From Fistulifera solaris (lineage: Eukaryota): DNA of 64,000 bases. The position numbers were made by a program, and so were the translations under genes. The notes beneath the pieces were generated by a model, which saw only the letters and a list, made by a program, of their open reading frames with translations, searched no databases and had not been told where the DNA came from. The DNA is taken from positions 372,001 through 436,000 of the forward strand of contig AP026138.1 in assembly GCA_030295235.1 (NCBI GenBank). The letters are read 5' to 3'. Shown one piece after another: positions 26,420-38,783 of this stretch; the first letter of the stretch is position 1; the number at the start of each line of letters is the position of its first letter.

Positions 26420-27780
26420 ATGAGATGCCTCTTGCTCACCACGGTTTCGTTGGCGTACGCATTCACGCGCCCATCACTGCCGATCCGACCCACATCGGTA
26501 CGATCCAACCTTTTGCCGCCAGTCCTGAAGAAGATCTTGAAATGACAATTAAAATCATCATGGGAAGCCTCGAGAAACAGAATACTAATGACATCATCGA
26601 AACTCCTACAGCAGCTCCAGTTGTTGCTAAAACGTACAAACAACCAGCCATTGAGGAGCGTCCGCGCAATGACTTGATGATGCGTGCCGCAATGGGCGAA
26701 ACCACCGAAAAGACTCCCTTGTGGTTGTTCCGTCAAGCAGGTCGTCATTTACCAGAGTATCGTGAATACAAAGACCAGACCGGAAAGAACTTTCTCGAGT
26801 TGCTGTCGGATCCTTTGTGCGTTGCCGAATGTACCCTTCAGCCGATCCGACGTTATCCCGTAGATGCGGCCATTTTGTTTTCCGATATTCTGGTGATTGC
26901 GGAAGCGCTGGGTATTGAAGTGACAATGCCAGGTGGAGTGGGCATTCAGGTACCTCATCCCTTGAAGGACGCGAAGGAAGTCGACACTCGTCTTCCCGGT
27001 CTATCGGAAATTTCACCAGCATTCATTGAAGACAAACTAGGTCACGTCGTGGAAGCAGTCCGCGAAATTCGCCGACAAATGAAAAAAGAAGATATTTCTA
27101 TTCCGCTGATTGGCTTTTCAGCGGCTCCCTGGACGTTGTTGTTTTACATGGTAGGCGGCTCGTCCAAGAAGAACACCGAGAGCGGCGTACAGTGGCTAGA
27201 ACAAAACACGGAGGCGTCACAGAAGTTACTACAGTTGCTGACCAAAGTTGTTATTGAATACATGTCGGCCCAAGTGGAAGCGGGATGTCACATGTTGCAA
27301 ATATTCGAGGCCATGGGCATGATGATCGATGATGCAAACTTTGAAAAATTTGCTTTGCCTTGTCTGGAAGAGATGGGCCGAACACTCAAGAAACGTTTCC
27401 CCGACACACCCCTCATGGTATTCTGTCGAGGAAAGTGTTCTGCGAACGACAAAGTCGCTGCATTGGGGTATTTTGATGTAATAACGATTGACGGTTCGGT
27501 GGATCGCAAGTCCGTTCGATCGTTTGTCGGAGACAAAGTCACACTGCAAGGAAACTACGATCCTCGTGAGCTGATTCCAAACGCAGAAAACACGAAAACG
27601 CCCGAAACGGTACGGGAAACGGCTCGAGAAATGTTGGAAGCGTTGGGACCTAACAGATTGATTGCCAACCTTGGAGAGGGTCTAGGCGGAAACGAGAGTC
27701 CTGAACTTGTACAGGCGTTTGTGGACGCTATACACGAAGAAAGCGCTCTGATGATGGAAAAGAAAAAATATTTTTTCTAG
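26420..27780 (+). CDS. hemE: Uroporphyrinogen decarboxylase, plastid-targeted
   Basis: PLWLFRQAGRHLPEY, DAAILFSDILV, LIGFSAAPWTL, LQGNYDP and IANLGEG. Restoring one T near 26512 gives the bipartite presequence MRCLLLTTVSLAYA-FTRP. Confidence 0.93.
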
Positions 27781-27831
27781 AATTCCCAATCTCAATACAA
27801 CTAGTCTCATCATGGCGCTTCATTGTCGTAA

Positions 27832-29249
27832 CTATTCATCAGCGGAATTGTTGTTGGAGGTGTTGGTGTTAACGTTGTTGTCGTCATCACGGTTAATCTC
27901 TTCACGCACAACCGTCTCAATGTGTTTGTTCTCGTAGAGCCACGTGCCAAATGCAAATACACTGTGAAAAAAGGACCCCCATAGACCAAAGTAAGCATTG
28001 CTTAATCCATTGATGACCCCATCCACACCGCTATACTCCAGAATCGCCCAAAACTTTGCACCCGTAGATACAAGAATGATTATTACTTCGATCTGCCGCC
28101 ATCCGAATTCGAAACGAAACATACTTTGCTCGCGTCGAAAACGACAGGGAAAGTGCCATAGGATCAAGTACACCTCATTGAGCGCAACGGTCAGACAGCA
28201 AAGTGCGACTTCAGACCAAATCACGGAAAGAATGATAATCCAGTCTTCGTCCGTCAGGTTTAATCGCTCTCCACGAAATCGTAATCTCACGAGTTCCCTG
28301 TTGTAGTAAATGTCGGTAGCAGCACCCGCGAAAATGCTAGAGCAAATTCCAGTCCAGATCCAGTTATAAGTCGTTTCACGATGGAATTGGTTGATCATTG
28401 TTTCTGTAGTGATAAGTCCTGCTGAATCACGCCACACACCATAATTCAAAACCATAGCCGCAAAGCCGATCCATGACGTAAAGTAGACGTTAGGTTGATA
28501 TTCGCCCACCGAAAGAACACTGGTGGACACATGCAAAGCGGCTATCCAAACAACTAGCAGGAAAAGAATCCAGTTTCGTTCCGCCAAACTGCCATCTCGG
28601 AATACCGCGATCCACAACGTGGGAAAAATTACCGTGTCGAAGTGCACGAGCAAGGTTCCGAAACTCAACGCCACAGCCGCCGCCGAAAGGTAAATAGCTG
28701 CCCACAATTTCCACCGAAAGACGAGACCGGTAGCTGTACTGTAATACTTATCGGGTTCGATTCCGGATTCGGTGGCAGAAGAGGATGGGTCTAATTGTTC
28801 TATCTCGTTACGATAAAATCTGAGAAGAGACGACAAGTGAGCGATCCAGGAGATAGAGCGGAAGCTAGCCAATGCAGGTTGACTCACTGAAAAACCGAAA
28901 CTAACATGACCGCACCGGTCGTCATGGCAAAAAGGTAACCCATGAGACGCGGAGATGCTCGAATGTCATCGGAGGAGAGTCGACGCGTACTTTCGCCTGG
29001 TACAGATGCTACACTACGATCGAAATCCAGTTCATCATTGAGTTCTGCTGATGCAGCTTCTCGCAGCAAAGATGAAGGAAACGTGACAACAGAGCGCTTT
29101 CGAGATGATTTTCTCCTTGCTGTTGACAAGGACGGCCGCGTCGTTCTTGCCGAAAGTTCCTCGGACCGATCGAGAACCGCAGATCTTCGGCTAGTCGACC
29201 TAGTCGGCGTTCGAGCGGCGGCTTTATTCAACACTATCCGTGTAGGCAT
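27832..29249 (-). CDS. Multi-pass membrane protein of unknown function (2 exons)
   Basis: Disordered N-terminus followed by several hydrophobic segments. An intron at about 28887-28821 joins VSVF-Q-FYRNE. Confidence 0.7.
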
Positions 29250-29831
29250 TCTATATAGTGAGATGATGATAAGAAGAAGTGAAATACCCCGGTAGTTGAC
29301 TATAAATAATACTGGAGTACTACGTAGTTTCAAGTTTCAAATGCACTTGAATGAAACAACCGTTGTCGCACTACCGGTACGATGTTTTCTTTCTTTTTTA
29401 ATACGGGACATCTTTGAGACACGAATAGAACGTGCAATACGGTAATGCGGCGCGCCACAAAAGAACAAAGCCAAAGAACACGGTTCGCATTTTCGTGGCC
29501 TTTTTTACGCCATTTCTCCGCATCTACTTCAATTGAGTTCACATTCAGGCTGTTTGGGGGCTATAAGGCATAAGGCGCATTCTCTGTTATCGGTTATCGA
29601 ATGTGAGGAAAGCAGCGTCGCATTCTCTCTTTCTGATGTGATGCAACACAACATCATGCACGTCAGATGCATTAGCGAGAAACTAATGGCACCAATCCGA
29701 ACCAAAAGGGTTTGCTCTTTGCTCGAGGTGCTTTCGCCCGATCAATTCATAAATTTACTGTTTCTTAATAAAAAAAGCTTGTCAACAAAAATCAAACTCA
29801 CAACCAGATATACCAAGGTGCTGTCGCCACA

Positions 29832-30881
29832 ATGTGCTGCCCAACATTGATTCCATCGTCGACCAGAACCAGGTCAATAACAGATTTGGCTTCACTTTCG
29901 GATATATTCGCTCTGATTGATGAGGCCACTGATGAATTGCAACAGGCCGTCATCACCAGTAAACAAAGTCTGCCGATTATACCTACCGAGTCAAATCAAC
30001 TTCGATCAAACCCACGCCTCGTCTCCTCCGATGACGTAACGTCAGCAGTATTCTCGTCCAACAAGCGACAATGTCATCAACGCCGACGCAAGATTTCATC
30101 ACATCGTCGCAGGGAGTCTCACGAGCACGGCACTGTGCAACATTCGTATCATGACTATTCACGGATATCTCCCGAAGCACAAGACTTCTTTGCGTTACCT
30201 CTCAAAGGAGCGCACGGTGGGACCACAATTGCGTTTCCAGTCGTTCTTCACCGCTTACTCACCGACGCTGCCGAGGAAGGCTTCGAAGACATTGTAGCCT
30301 GGCAATCACACGGTCGAGCCTTTCTTGTTCATGACCACGACCGTTTTGTGGCCGAAGTCATGCCTAAATACTTCCGGCAAACTCGCTTTTCCAGTTTCCA
30401 ACGCCAGCTTAGCCTTTACGGCTTCCTTCGATTGACCAAAGGCGCCGACAGTGGTGCCTATTACAATGAATGGTTTCTTCGTGGGTTGCCTCATTTGTGT
30501 ACACACATGCAGCGAACACGAGTGAAAGGCTACGGAGTCCGCCAGTCTTCCTCACCCGAAACAGAACCGGACTTTTACGGGATGGATGCCGTGAGTGCTT
30601 CTCAACAGGGATTAAACGCAGGAACGATACCTATTATTTCGGTTCGGAGCACAGCCTTCGTGCCGGCACCGACGCTATCGTTTGAAGACTTTCCATTCGA
30701 TAGTTTTGAACCTTATCCCGCTACCTTAGATAAGACTTTCGAAGAACAAGAAGCAATGGCAGATTTTCTATCCGATGTTGACCTTGACGACGAAGACTCA
30801 TATCACTTGAGTCAGCCGTACGATGGCGAAGATAGGTTTGCCAAAATCTACAACCACGTTATACATGCACATGCCGTTTGA
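29832..30881 (+). CDS. HSF-type DNA-binding transcription factor
   Basis: FPVVLHRLL...VAWQSHGRAF...YFRQTRFSSFQRQLSLYGF...RTRVKG...PETEPDFY. Confidence 0.92.
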   Translation: MCCPTLIPSSTRTRSITDLASLSDIFALIDEATDELQQAVITSKQSLPIIPTESNQLRSNPRLVSSDDVTSAVFSSNKRQCHQRRRKISSHRRRESHEHGTVQHSYHDYSRISPEAQDFFALPLKGAHGGTTIAFPVVLHRLLTDAAEEGFEDIVAWQSHGRAFLVHDHDRFVAEVMPKYFRQTRFSSFQRQLSLYGFLRLTKGADSGAYYNEWFLRGLPHLCTHMQRTRVKGYGVRQSSSPETEPDFYGMDAVSASQQGLNAGTIPIISVRSTAFVPAPTLSFEDFPFDSFEPYPATLDKTFEEQEAMADFLSDVDLDDEDSYHLSQPYDGEDRFAKIYNHVIHAHAV

Positions 30882-31836
30882 TAATAACACTATAATTAGA
30901 ACACATTTATGCATCTTGATCATAGTTTGTCAAAGATGTCTCTCTTGTACGGGTTATGGCATGTAATGCACGGAGCACTACTTAGGTAGATTTCTTACCA
31001 GTAGCGAGATTTTCTTGCGAGCTGTGCGAAAGACTTGGACCAAAGACGATAGATGCAAGTCTCGGGCTCAAGCGTGAGTATATCGTATATCTAGCTGTAC
31101 TCTAATGGTGTTGTATATCTAGCTTTAGACTCTGTAATGACAACGATCGTATGTAGCTTTTCTTTTTGAATTCCTAGCTCATAACTCCTAACCTTAAGAC
31201 AGCTCCTTAAAAATCTGAGTATGTACTTTAGTTCAATGTGTAAGAAGTCAACTTGAAGAACGTTTTCTTCGGAACTATTTGGACATTCCACGGGTTAGGG
31301 CTATATACTTTTATTAGTCAGTCACGAGTCACGCTTCACAAATATTACAGCATCGTCAGCCCTTCACATGGAGTACAATACGCGCTATACAGAGAAGTGT
31401 GACCCGTGACTTGTTATTGTGTGCCGTGTGACTCTCAGTATGCAAAAACAAGTACTAGTCGGAGTAACGCGCTTGAGTCACCATCGTCACGTGGTCATTC
31501 CATAAATTTCTGATCAAACCGTCACCCAGACGTACTTTTTTCTATCAAACCTGACACGAACCTTCTGACGCTTCGAGCCTCCGAGTCCAAAGAGTGAACT
31601 GCAGAACACAAAACGGCAATCTGCAATTTGCAATCCCATCCTTTTGGGTTCGCGACGAGGAACGTAGAAGCTCTACTTTTTCGATATCTTTCGAGCGGAA
31701 GGTGATGATGAATGAGGATTTCGATGTTATCTTCCGGAGGCGAGTTTGAATTGTGATTTCGGTAGGTACACAATTTGACTTTTGAGTGCCATGATTTATG
31801 GAATTTTGAACAAAAGCGACATTGGCATCATTGACC

Positions 31837-32953
31837 ATGAACGAAGAATCCTTTGAAAGTATGAGCTCGCCCACAACGAGATCCTCTCGACGACGAGGAT
31901 CTATTGAGACACATCATCATCGCCATGTCAGTCCAGCTAGACGAGTGTTGGTGGATCACACTTACATCGATCACATGCATGATCCTATCGCCCCTAGTAT
32001 CGAGACGATTGATATTCATGATGGCAAGAACGCCCCCAAAAGGACCTCGCGGGGGCGTTACCGTAGCGTTTCCAGAAAAGCTTCACCAAATGTTGTCACA
32101 AATTGAAGAGGAAGGATTGTCTCATGTCGTTTCGTGGCAGCCCCACGGGCGTTGCTTTCTCGTCCACAGGAAGAGAGATTTCATCGATGATATTATGCCG
32201 AGGTGAGCAATTTTTTAACAAAGTCACATTTGGCTTATGATTTCGCGATTTCGACTCACACTGGTCGAATTTAGACATTTCAATCAGTCGAAACTGACGA
32301 GCTTTCAGCAGCAATTGAACTTATATGGCTTTGTCAGACTAACCGCAGGCCGTGATAGGGGCGGGTAAGTCTCTATTGCTGGTTGAAGCCCGATCATGAT
32401 CCCATTTCTTACGCAGGATGTTGTTTTGTTTAGATACTATCACGAGCTCTTCATCCGCGGTCGACCCGATTTGTGCCGTAGAATGGTACGGACGCGTGTA
32501 AAAGGAAACGGTATGAAAGCAGCTTCGAATCCGCAGAATGAACCCAACTTTTATGCGATGGAAGAGTGCAAGTCGACCTATGATTACGAAAACGCACCGG
32601 TTACGATGCATACGGAAAGTCTCGACGAGACTCTGCTCGATATTGACAAGCCACCGGAAATGAGTTCCCCCGTTCAAAAGCCGATTGTGACTCCTATCCA
32701 ATCGCCGCGGCAGTCACTATCTTTGGTACACAATCCCCCCGAAAGCATCATGATGCTAGAACTTGGTGAGCCCCCGAAAGTAATGGACTTTATGGACGAC
32801 ATGTTCTTGGGATCTGTTGTGAGCGAAGACAACGAGCCGCACAATGGAGACGAAATATTCTTCGAGGGGCACAAGTTTTGTTACCTTGACCATATGGAAC
32901 CGGAAGAGACGTACGACACCACGGTGCTGGGGGTTCCCGACAACATCATCTGA
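31837..32953 (+). CDS. HSF-type DNA-binding transcription factor (3 exons, frameshift near 32040)
   Basis: GPRGGVTVAFPEKLHQML...VSWQPHGRCF; middle exon FNQSKLTSFQQQLNLYGFVRLTAGRDRG; then YYHELFIRGRPDLC...RTRVKG. Confidence 0.9.
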
Positions 32954-33102
32954 GAACATGGAAGGCACTTCATCTTTGCATAGATCATACATACAGTACT
33001 TGTCGAATTAGTGATAACTTAGCGATTAATGTTATACATGTAGCAGAGCGCGTGGAGGGATAGAAAAAAATCAATAGTATTTAGTGCCCACATTTGCTAC
33101 CC

Positions 33103-33618
33103 TCACCAAGTAATTTCGAGATTGGGATTGATCGGATACTCCACTCCGATCAGCTTATCTTTGTCTACGTAATACAGTAACTCACTTTCTTCCCCGTGAG
33201 GATTCCCCGGACCCTTTCCACCGCCAACTTGACGACTCCCGTAAGCTATGCTGTTCGGATCTATTAAGGCGTGAACGATTACATCGTCTTCTGTGAGACC
33301 TGGGAACCGATGTTCTTCGTCTACAACAAACTCCACCGAGGTCCCATACACGGGCTCTTCCGACCAAGCGGAAACGGGTGCCAGCGTCCCATCCTCCTGC
33401 AAAGCTCCTATTCGTTTGCGTTCCAAATCATCCTTTTTCGAGTAAATCACCACATCCATGTCCATCAGCGAATTGAAGTCAATAGCAAAGAGATGGGGGC
33501 CGTTTTCCCGGTGATATGATGGAATTGTTATAGACTGCGTGTACCTTGCTACCGCACTAGGCCGAAATGCCGAGGCCATACAACCGAAAGATAAAATCTT
33601 CATCACAAAAACTAGCAT
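33103..33618 (-). CDS. Plastid-targeted protein of unknown function
   Basis: Signal peptide ending MASA-FRP (ASAF motif); compact domain with YGSRQVGGGKGPGNPHGEESE. Confidence 0.7.
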   Translation of the reverse strand: MLVFVMKILSFGCMASAFRPSAVARYTQSITIPSYHRENGPHLFAIDFNSLMDMDVVIYSKKDDLERKRIGALQEDGTLAPVSAWSEEPVYGTSVEFVVDEEHRFPGLTEDDVIVHALIDPNSIAYGSRQVGGGKGPGNPHGEESELLYYVDKDKLIGVEYPINPNLEITW

Positions 33619-33956
33619 TTTGCATTAGATTGTCTCAATTGGTTATTCTGTGCTCTTAAGGCTTGCTAAAGGTTGACTAATTTGAGATTAAACATGATAC
33701 GTTATGAGATATGAGCAATCCTCATCATTCTGCTTGTTTGTGGTGTTTCGTTGTGTGCTGCGCAAAGCAAACTGTAGCAAAACGTGCTCTTGTCGTAACG
33801 TAAGCTCCAAAATTTTAGGCGCATAGCGTTTCAAGGAACTGTTGACCGAGCTGTCCTCTCGTGAGAAAGTTTCATCTACCAGTTGACACACGTTTATTAT
33901 GGTATACTACTACAGGAAGTTCACAACAAAAAGAAAGCGGGCCGCACTTCACCGTT

Positions 33957-35668
33957 TCAATAAGGACGGAACGAAGTAGTGGAATACTGTGTTTCATCGA
34001 TAGACAAATCAGAGAGCTCCCGTGAGGGCTCTGATTTGCTGCGTGTCAATGCACTTCGCGTACTTGCTGCCAAGTTGCGGATCTTGGACGCAAGACCTAT
34101 GCGCTTCTTTCGTTTCTGCAAGGATTCCAAGGCTTGACTTCGCAGTTGAACATCATGCACCGAAGTCGCGGTGGATGGTACGGCTGGCATTTTCTGAAAT
34201 CCTCCAACAGCATCGACAAACGACGGTTCATTTTCGGATGTTAAAGGAGTCGACGTGCCCGCCCTCTCATCGAACGCTCCTAAAAGCATTACTACCGTAT
34301 CCGAGTCGGTTAGAACTTGATATCCTGGTTCCGGAGTTTCCATCAGAAAACGGCCTCCCAATGCGCTAGAACGGTGTCTTGCATCTGTAGCACAATTTCT
34401 TTCCTCTCTTGATGTGAGGACTTTTTATAACGTTCCATTTGCATGCTCATGTAAACATTTAGTCGATTGTTTCCTGTGTGTTGCTGCAGAGAAAATAACG
34501 TCGAATTTGGCTTACGCTGATCAACATTTTGAAAAATGACGTCGAGGGGTTCGGCCGTGGTCACCACATTGCTTCTTGGGGCTTCAAAGGAGTCTGATCG
34601 CTTCAAGAAGCTCGTAAATGAGTCATGTCTTCCCGACCTTCGTTTTTCGCGGATCGGATTTATGCTACTTTCACTCTTTGATAATATTTCGTCTAGAAAC
34701 GGATCCTCGTGTCCCAAGGACTCCTGTTCTGCCTCTAGCAGATCGAAGAAGGAAGACGAAGAGAAGGCGTTGGGATCCATGAGCGAGTGTTTTCGTAACG
34801 ATTTCTTGTGGTCGAAGTCAAAACTGTCGGTGGAATTCGCATTACTCGATAATAATGATTCCGAAGCCGAACGTCGCAGTAACGATGAGCGCCTTCGCCG
34901 TTTCTTTTCGCCATCTCCGTCAATAATGGTAATATTTTCTCCAATTGGTACTGGTTCCAGGGCCAGGAGCAGATCCTCATCGTCCTCTAAATTCAACGCG
35001 TGGGTCGCATTCACCATAGCGGGCATGCTATTGCGAAAATCGATATGGCTGGAAGTGACCGGAGTTGCGCTCACTGCGGGCAACATGTTCTGCATACTGC
35101 TTCGCATACCATAGTGCGACGAATTATAGACATGCATTTGAACCGAAGGACCGCCCACCGAGGAGTGCATATAAGTGGAAGAAGGACCCGAAGTCAGTGT
35201 TGACTGCGCCGGTGCCTGGCTCGGCGGAGGCGCCGGAGGTGATAAAATTTCTTGAATGGAAGATTTTGGTTTGTTGCCATCCATGATAGCATTCAGTTGT
35301 CGCTGCACAAACACTTTGGCATTCTCTCTCGACAAGACTATCCAACTGGAATGATTCTTGACCAGAAATCTCCCGTTGGGCACAACTTGGCGACACACAA
35401 TGTCAATGATTCGGTCGACGACCGGGTCGCTCTGCGCGCCCAATTTTACATTTTCGGCGTATTGTTTGGCGTTCATTGTTACGAGCACTTGAAAGCGGTT
35501 GTTGCCGACGTGCATTCGATCTTGCAATAGACATACATTGTGCGCACTGTCGCCGGTCAACAAGACATCGAAATTGCCTATGTTGGTGGTCGTTTCGACT
35601 CCCAGAAAATGACCGGCGTCGCTTCCGTTGCTACCAAAATCAAACGACGAAACAGCCAAGGGATTCAT
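33957..35668 (-). CDS. Protein with two DUF6824-like domains (frameshift near 34355)
   Basis: FDVLL...HVGNNRF...GRFL and LDVIF...HTGNNRL...Y...ERKEIV...WGGRFL (after restoring one G). This pattern is typical of diatom DUF6824 proteins. Confidence 0.65.
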
Positions 35669-36287
35669 CTTTTCATTATTTTAGTGAAGAAGTAAATTAG
35701 TTTGTATGCAAGCGGAAAGAAAAGACTGTTACTGGTAGGGAGTTGAGAAATAAAGGCTTCGAGCTTCAACCAGAATGCGGCGTTGTTGTGTGTCGAGCTG
35801 AAATGCCCCGAACGCGGAAGGTATTCATTCTACAGATAGAAAGTATAGTAAAAACAACAAACTTTTGGGTGTCAATAACGAAAAGTGTACGTCTAGATTG
35901 ACTGTATGATCATCTGTAGTGTCAGGATCTTAGTCATGAAATCGGGATTCGGGACTCGAATAAAGGCTCACTTCGAGCAAGCCAGTTCGTAGACTGGGAC
36001 GGGGAAACTGATATTAAATTTAATGTATTTTAATTGCAATTGGAGCGTCTTGAAGCTCGCAATGATAGTTGATCACACATCACACAAACCATTGATGCTC
36101 CATTGCGTGGTGTTTTTGGTGGGCGTTGAGAGTCCTCCAAGATCGAATATCGCACTAAAAACAAGAAGCACATCTGCCCAAAGTAGAGTTAGAATTTAGC
36201 GCCATCTATGTGTAAGCAGTTGAGATCGCAGTCATCTCGTCGTCAAAGAAAAGCTACTGATTACTCTGCTGTTCAAAATGATAACTT

Positions 36288-36359
36288 TAATCACGGGGGG
36301 ACTCGAACCCTCAACCTTTGGTTCCGAAGACCAATGCTCTACCATTGAGCCACGTGATC
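36288..36359 (-). tRNA. tRNA-Arg (anticodon TCG)
   Basis: The reverse complement GATCACGTGGCTCAATGGTAGAGCATTGGTCTTCGGAACCAAAGGTTGAGGGTTCGAGTCCCCCCGTGATTA folds into a cloverleaf: acceptor GATCACG/CGTGATT, anticodon arm TTGGT-CTTCGGA-ACCAA, T-loop GTTCGAGT. Confidence 0.95.
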
Positions 36360-36779
36360 TATGTACTTTGATAGTGGATAATATGCTACACAAAAGAGGT
36401 ATGGCTGTCGGAACACAATCGGTTTAGTTGGCTTTCCACGAACTACGGCGGTTCAAAGCTAGGTATAGGAAGAATAAGGCAAACCAAACGATCGAGAGTC
36501 TAGCTACATACCACGGAGAATGTGCCATTTACGATGGGAAAACCTTCCTTCTACTGTACTAGATCGCCCATTCAACAACAGGGCAAGTATTCTGAAGAAA
36601 TCATCTACATACGCAGAAAAGTCCCTCAACACATAACAGACAGAAAAATCCCGAAGTACGGCATGTAAAACGAAATGCAAATTGACCGTAACAAAGCACG
36701 TTTATTGACTGCAAAAGTAATATCCCCTATCCCCTATCGTTCAAAAAACCATCGTAGAACATCTTTATTCGTAAAAATC

Positions 36780-38168
36780 TCAATAGGGGCGATCACGCCG
36801 TTGAAAACGCTGATAATTCGCTCCACCGCCCCCGCGGCCTCTACCGCCGTGTGAAAATCCTCCTCGTGCCCCGCCGCCTCTACCGCCGTGCGAAAATCCT
36901 CCCCGTGCCCCGCCTCCTCTACCGCCGTGCGAAAATCCTCCTCGTCCCCCGCCGCGAAAACTACCCGAGTTTGATCGATACGCGCCATGGCCATAAGGTG
37001 CTATAGAATCCGAATGATCGTTTGTCAAGTGTCTATCATCCTGCGGGTATGCATAGTTCCGGTCGTAATCTCCCTGCCGTGAGTGATACGAAGACTCGGC
37101 AGGATACGGCTGTTGATTGTGCGAATTCTCGTAATATGCTTCCTGTCGAGCGACACTGTGTTGTTGCTGTGGATGCATATATGCTTCATTAGAATGAGTC
37201 CCTTCATAATAATCTCCCTGTTGATAATCTCCCCCCTCGTTGTACTGCCCGCCATCATAATATCCTTCGTCGTTGTTTGAATAACCCTGCTGTTCGCCGT
37301 AACCATGATGCGATTGTTGATGACTGTATTCCTGCTCGGTATACCCATGTGTGTCCTGATTGTAACCCCCGACCTCCTCGTAGGATTGCGGATAGTCCTC
37401 GTACCCTCCCGTGGGACCATAATGATCAGCGGCAGCGTATTGATCAGGATAATACTCGGCAGCCGGTGGTTCCGGTTCGTCATAATAGCCACTATCATAA
37501 CTCCGCGGATCGGACGGATAACCGTTGGGTGCATGACTATCGGGCTGAGGGTATCGTGGAGGACCACGCCGCGGAGGTGGGGGAAACGGCCCCGCCGGAT
37601 GCCCATGACGCAATCGAGGTTGATGAGAAGGTCGCACGGGCGGCAAGTCCTCCCCGTTTCGCTGAACTCCGGGAGGAAGGCGCGGAGGCCGTTCCCTCAT
37701 CGGACGGGTTCTCGTCTTGTCATTGCGCTGCAGATAAATTCTCGAAAAATTCGCAAACCGAATGCGAAAATGGTTGCGCACCGAGTATTCTTCGACGCGT
37801 CGATCGGTTTCGGCGTCCATTAAATACAAAAATCCGTATCCCATGGAAACTCCCGTCGTTCTGTTGTAAATGAGCTTCACAAAGTTCACGTTTCCGTAGG
37901 ACTAGAAGGCACAGAATGGAGTGTAAGATTTACACAAGCGTAGAACGAAAAATTCTTATTAATGACTGCTTCTCACCTCAAAGTGTCGACGCATTTCAAG
38001 GGCCGTTACGCTCGGTGGTAGATTGGCCAGAAAGAATTTATATTGTTCGTTCAATGGGCCGCGCGGATGATCCATTTGCGAATCATCGTGAGGACGCAGC
38101 GGCGGTTTCTCGACGCTTTCGGTGCGGGGGGACGCGTCCACTTCTTCTACTTTAATTGGTTGAGACAT
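36780..38168 (-). CDS. RRM RNA-binding protein with a Tyr/Gln/Gly low-complexity region and RGG repeats
   Basis: RNP2-like FFLANLPP and RNP1-like MGYGFLYL; intron at about 37977-37903; C-terminal GGRGGFSHGGRGG repeats ending RDRPY. Confidence 0.8.
36825..36960 (-). repeat. Coding tandem repeat, about 36-bp unit x3 (RGGFSHGGRGGG)
   Basis: gcctctaccgccgtg(c/t)gaaaatcctcc is repeated three times on the + strand. Confidence 0.85.
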
Positions 38169-38783
38169 AATGGATTATTTTAACATGTGATGAATGAATC
38201 TGAAATGAAAGTTCTGTTTTTTTTATAAAAGACATAGTCTTCTACAAACGGACTGAAGATACTTGTATATTATTGTCTTTGTTTTTGGGTCGCGAGTGTT
38301 GCGTGTCATGGTCATTTTCTTTTTCAAACTTTAGCGCGAGCCGAAGGAACGCGACAGAAGCGTGGGTACTGTCTGGGAGAGTCTAAACGAATTGGAAATA
38401 GTAGAACCACGTCACAGCCAGTACATACCAGCGTTACAGACAAGGTAAATTGCGTACACTGCGAAGGACACTCGTTTGAGAGAAAGGTCAAACCTCTTGT
38501 TGGCGAGGAGCAGCCGGCGGCAGACAGCGCGCAGCGTGCAGCGCAACCGTGTATTTTCAAAAGCGCCAAAATGGAACTGCTGTGCAATTCTTGCGCAACT
38601 GTGAATCAAGTGGGTCTATTGTTAACCTCAACGGAGAATTCATTTAATCCGTGTCGAATGCTGTTGAAAGTCATATCCTCTTAAAGGTGAATTATTATTT
38701 GTGAAATGAAATAAGAATTCCAACGCAGCTGCATTCGCTTTTCCTTTATTCACATACACAACAACCAGCTGCGCGGGCATATC

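Noticed and set aside
31389..31397. ACAGAGAAG, resembling the U6 snRNA box
   Set aside because: The flanking sequence does not match U6.
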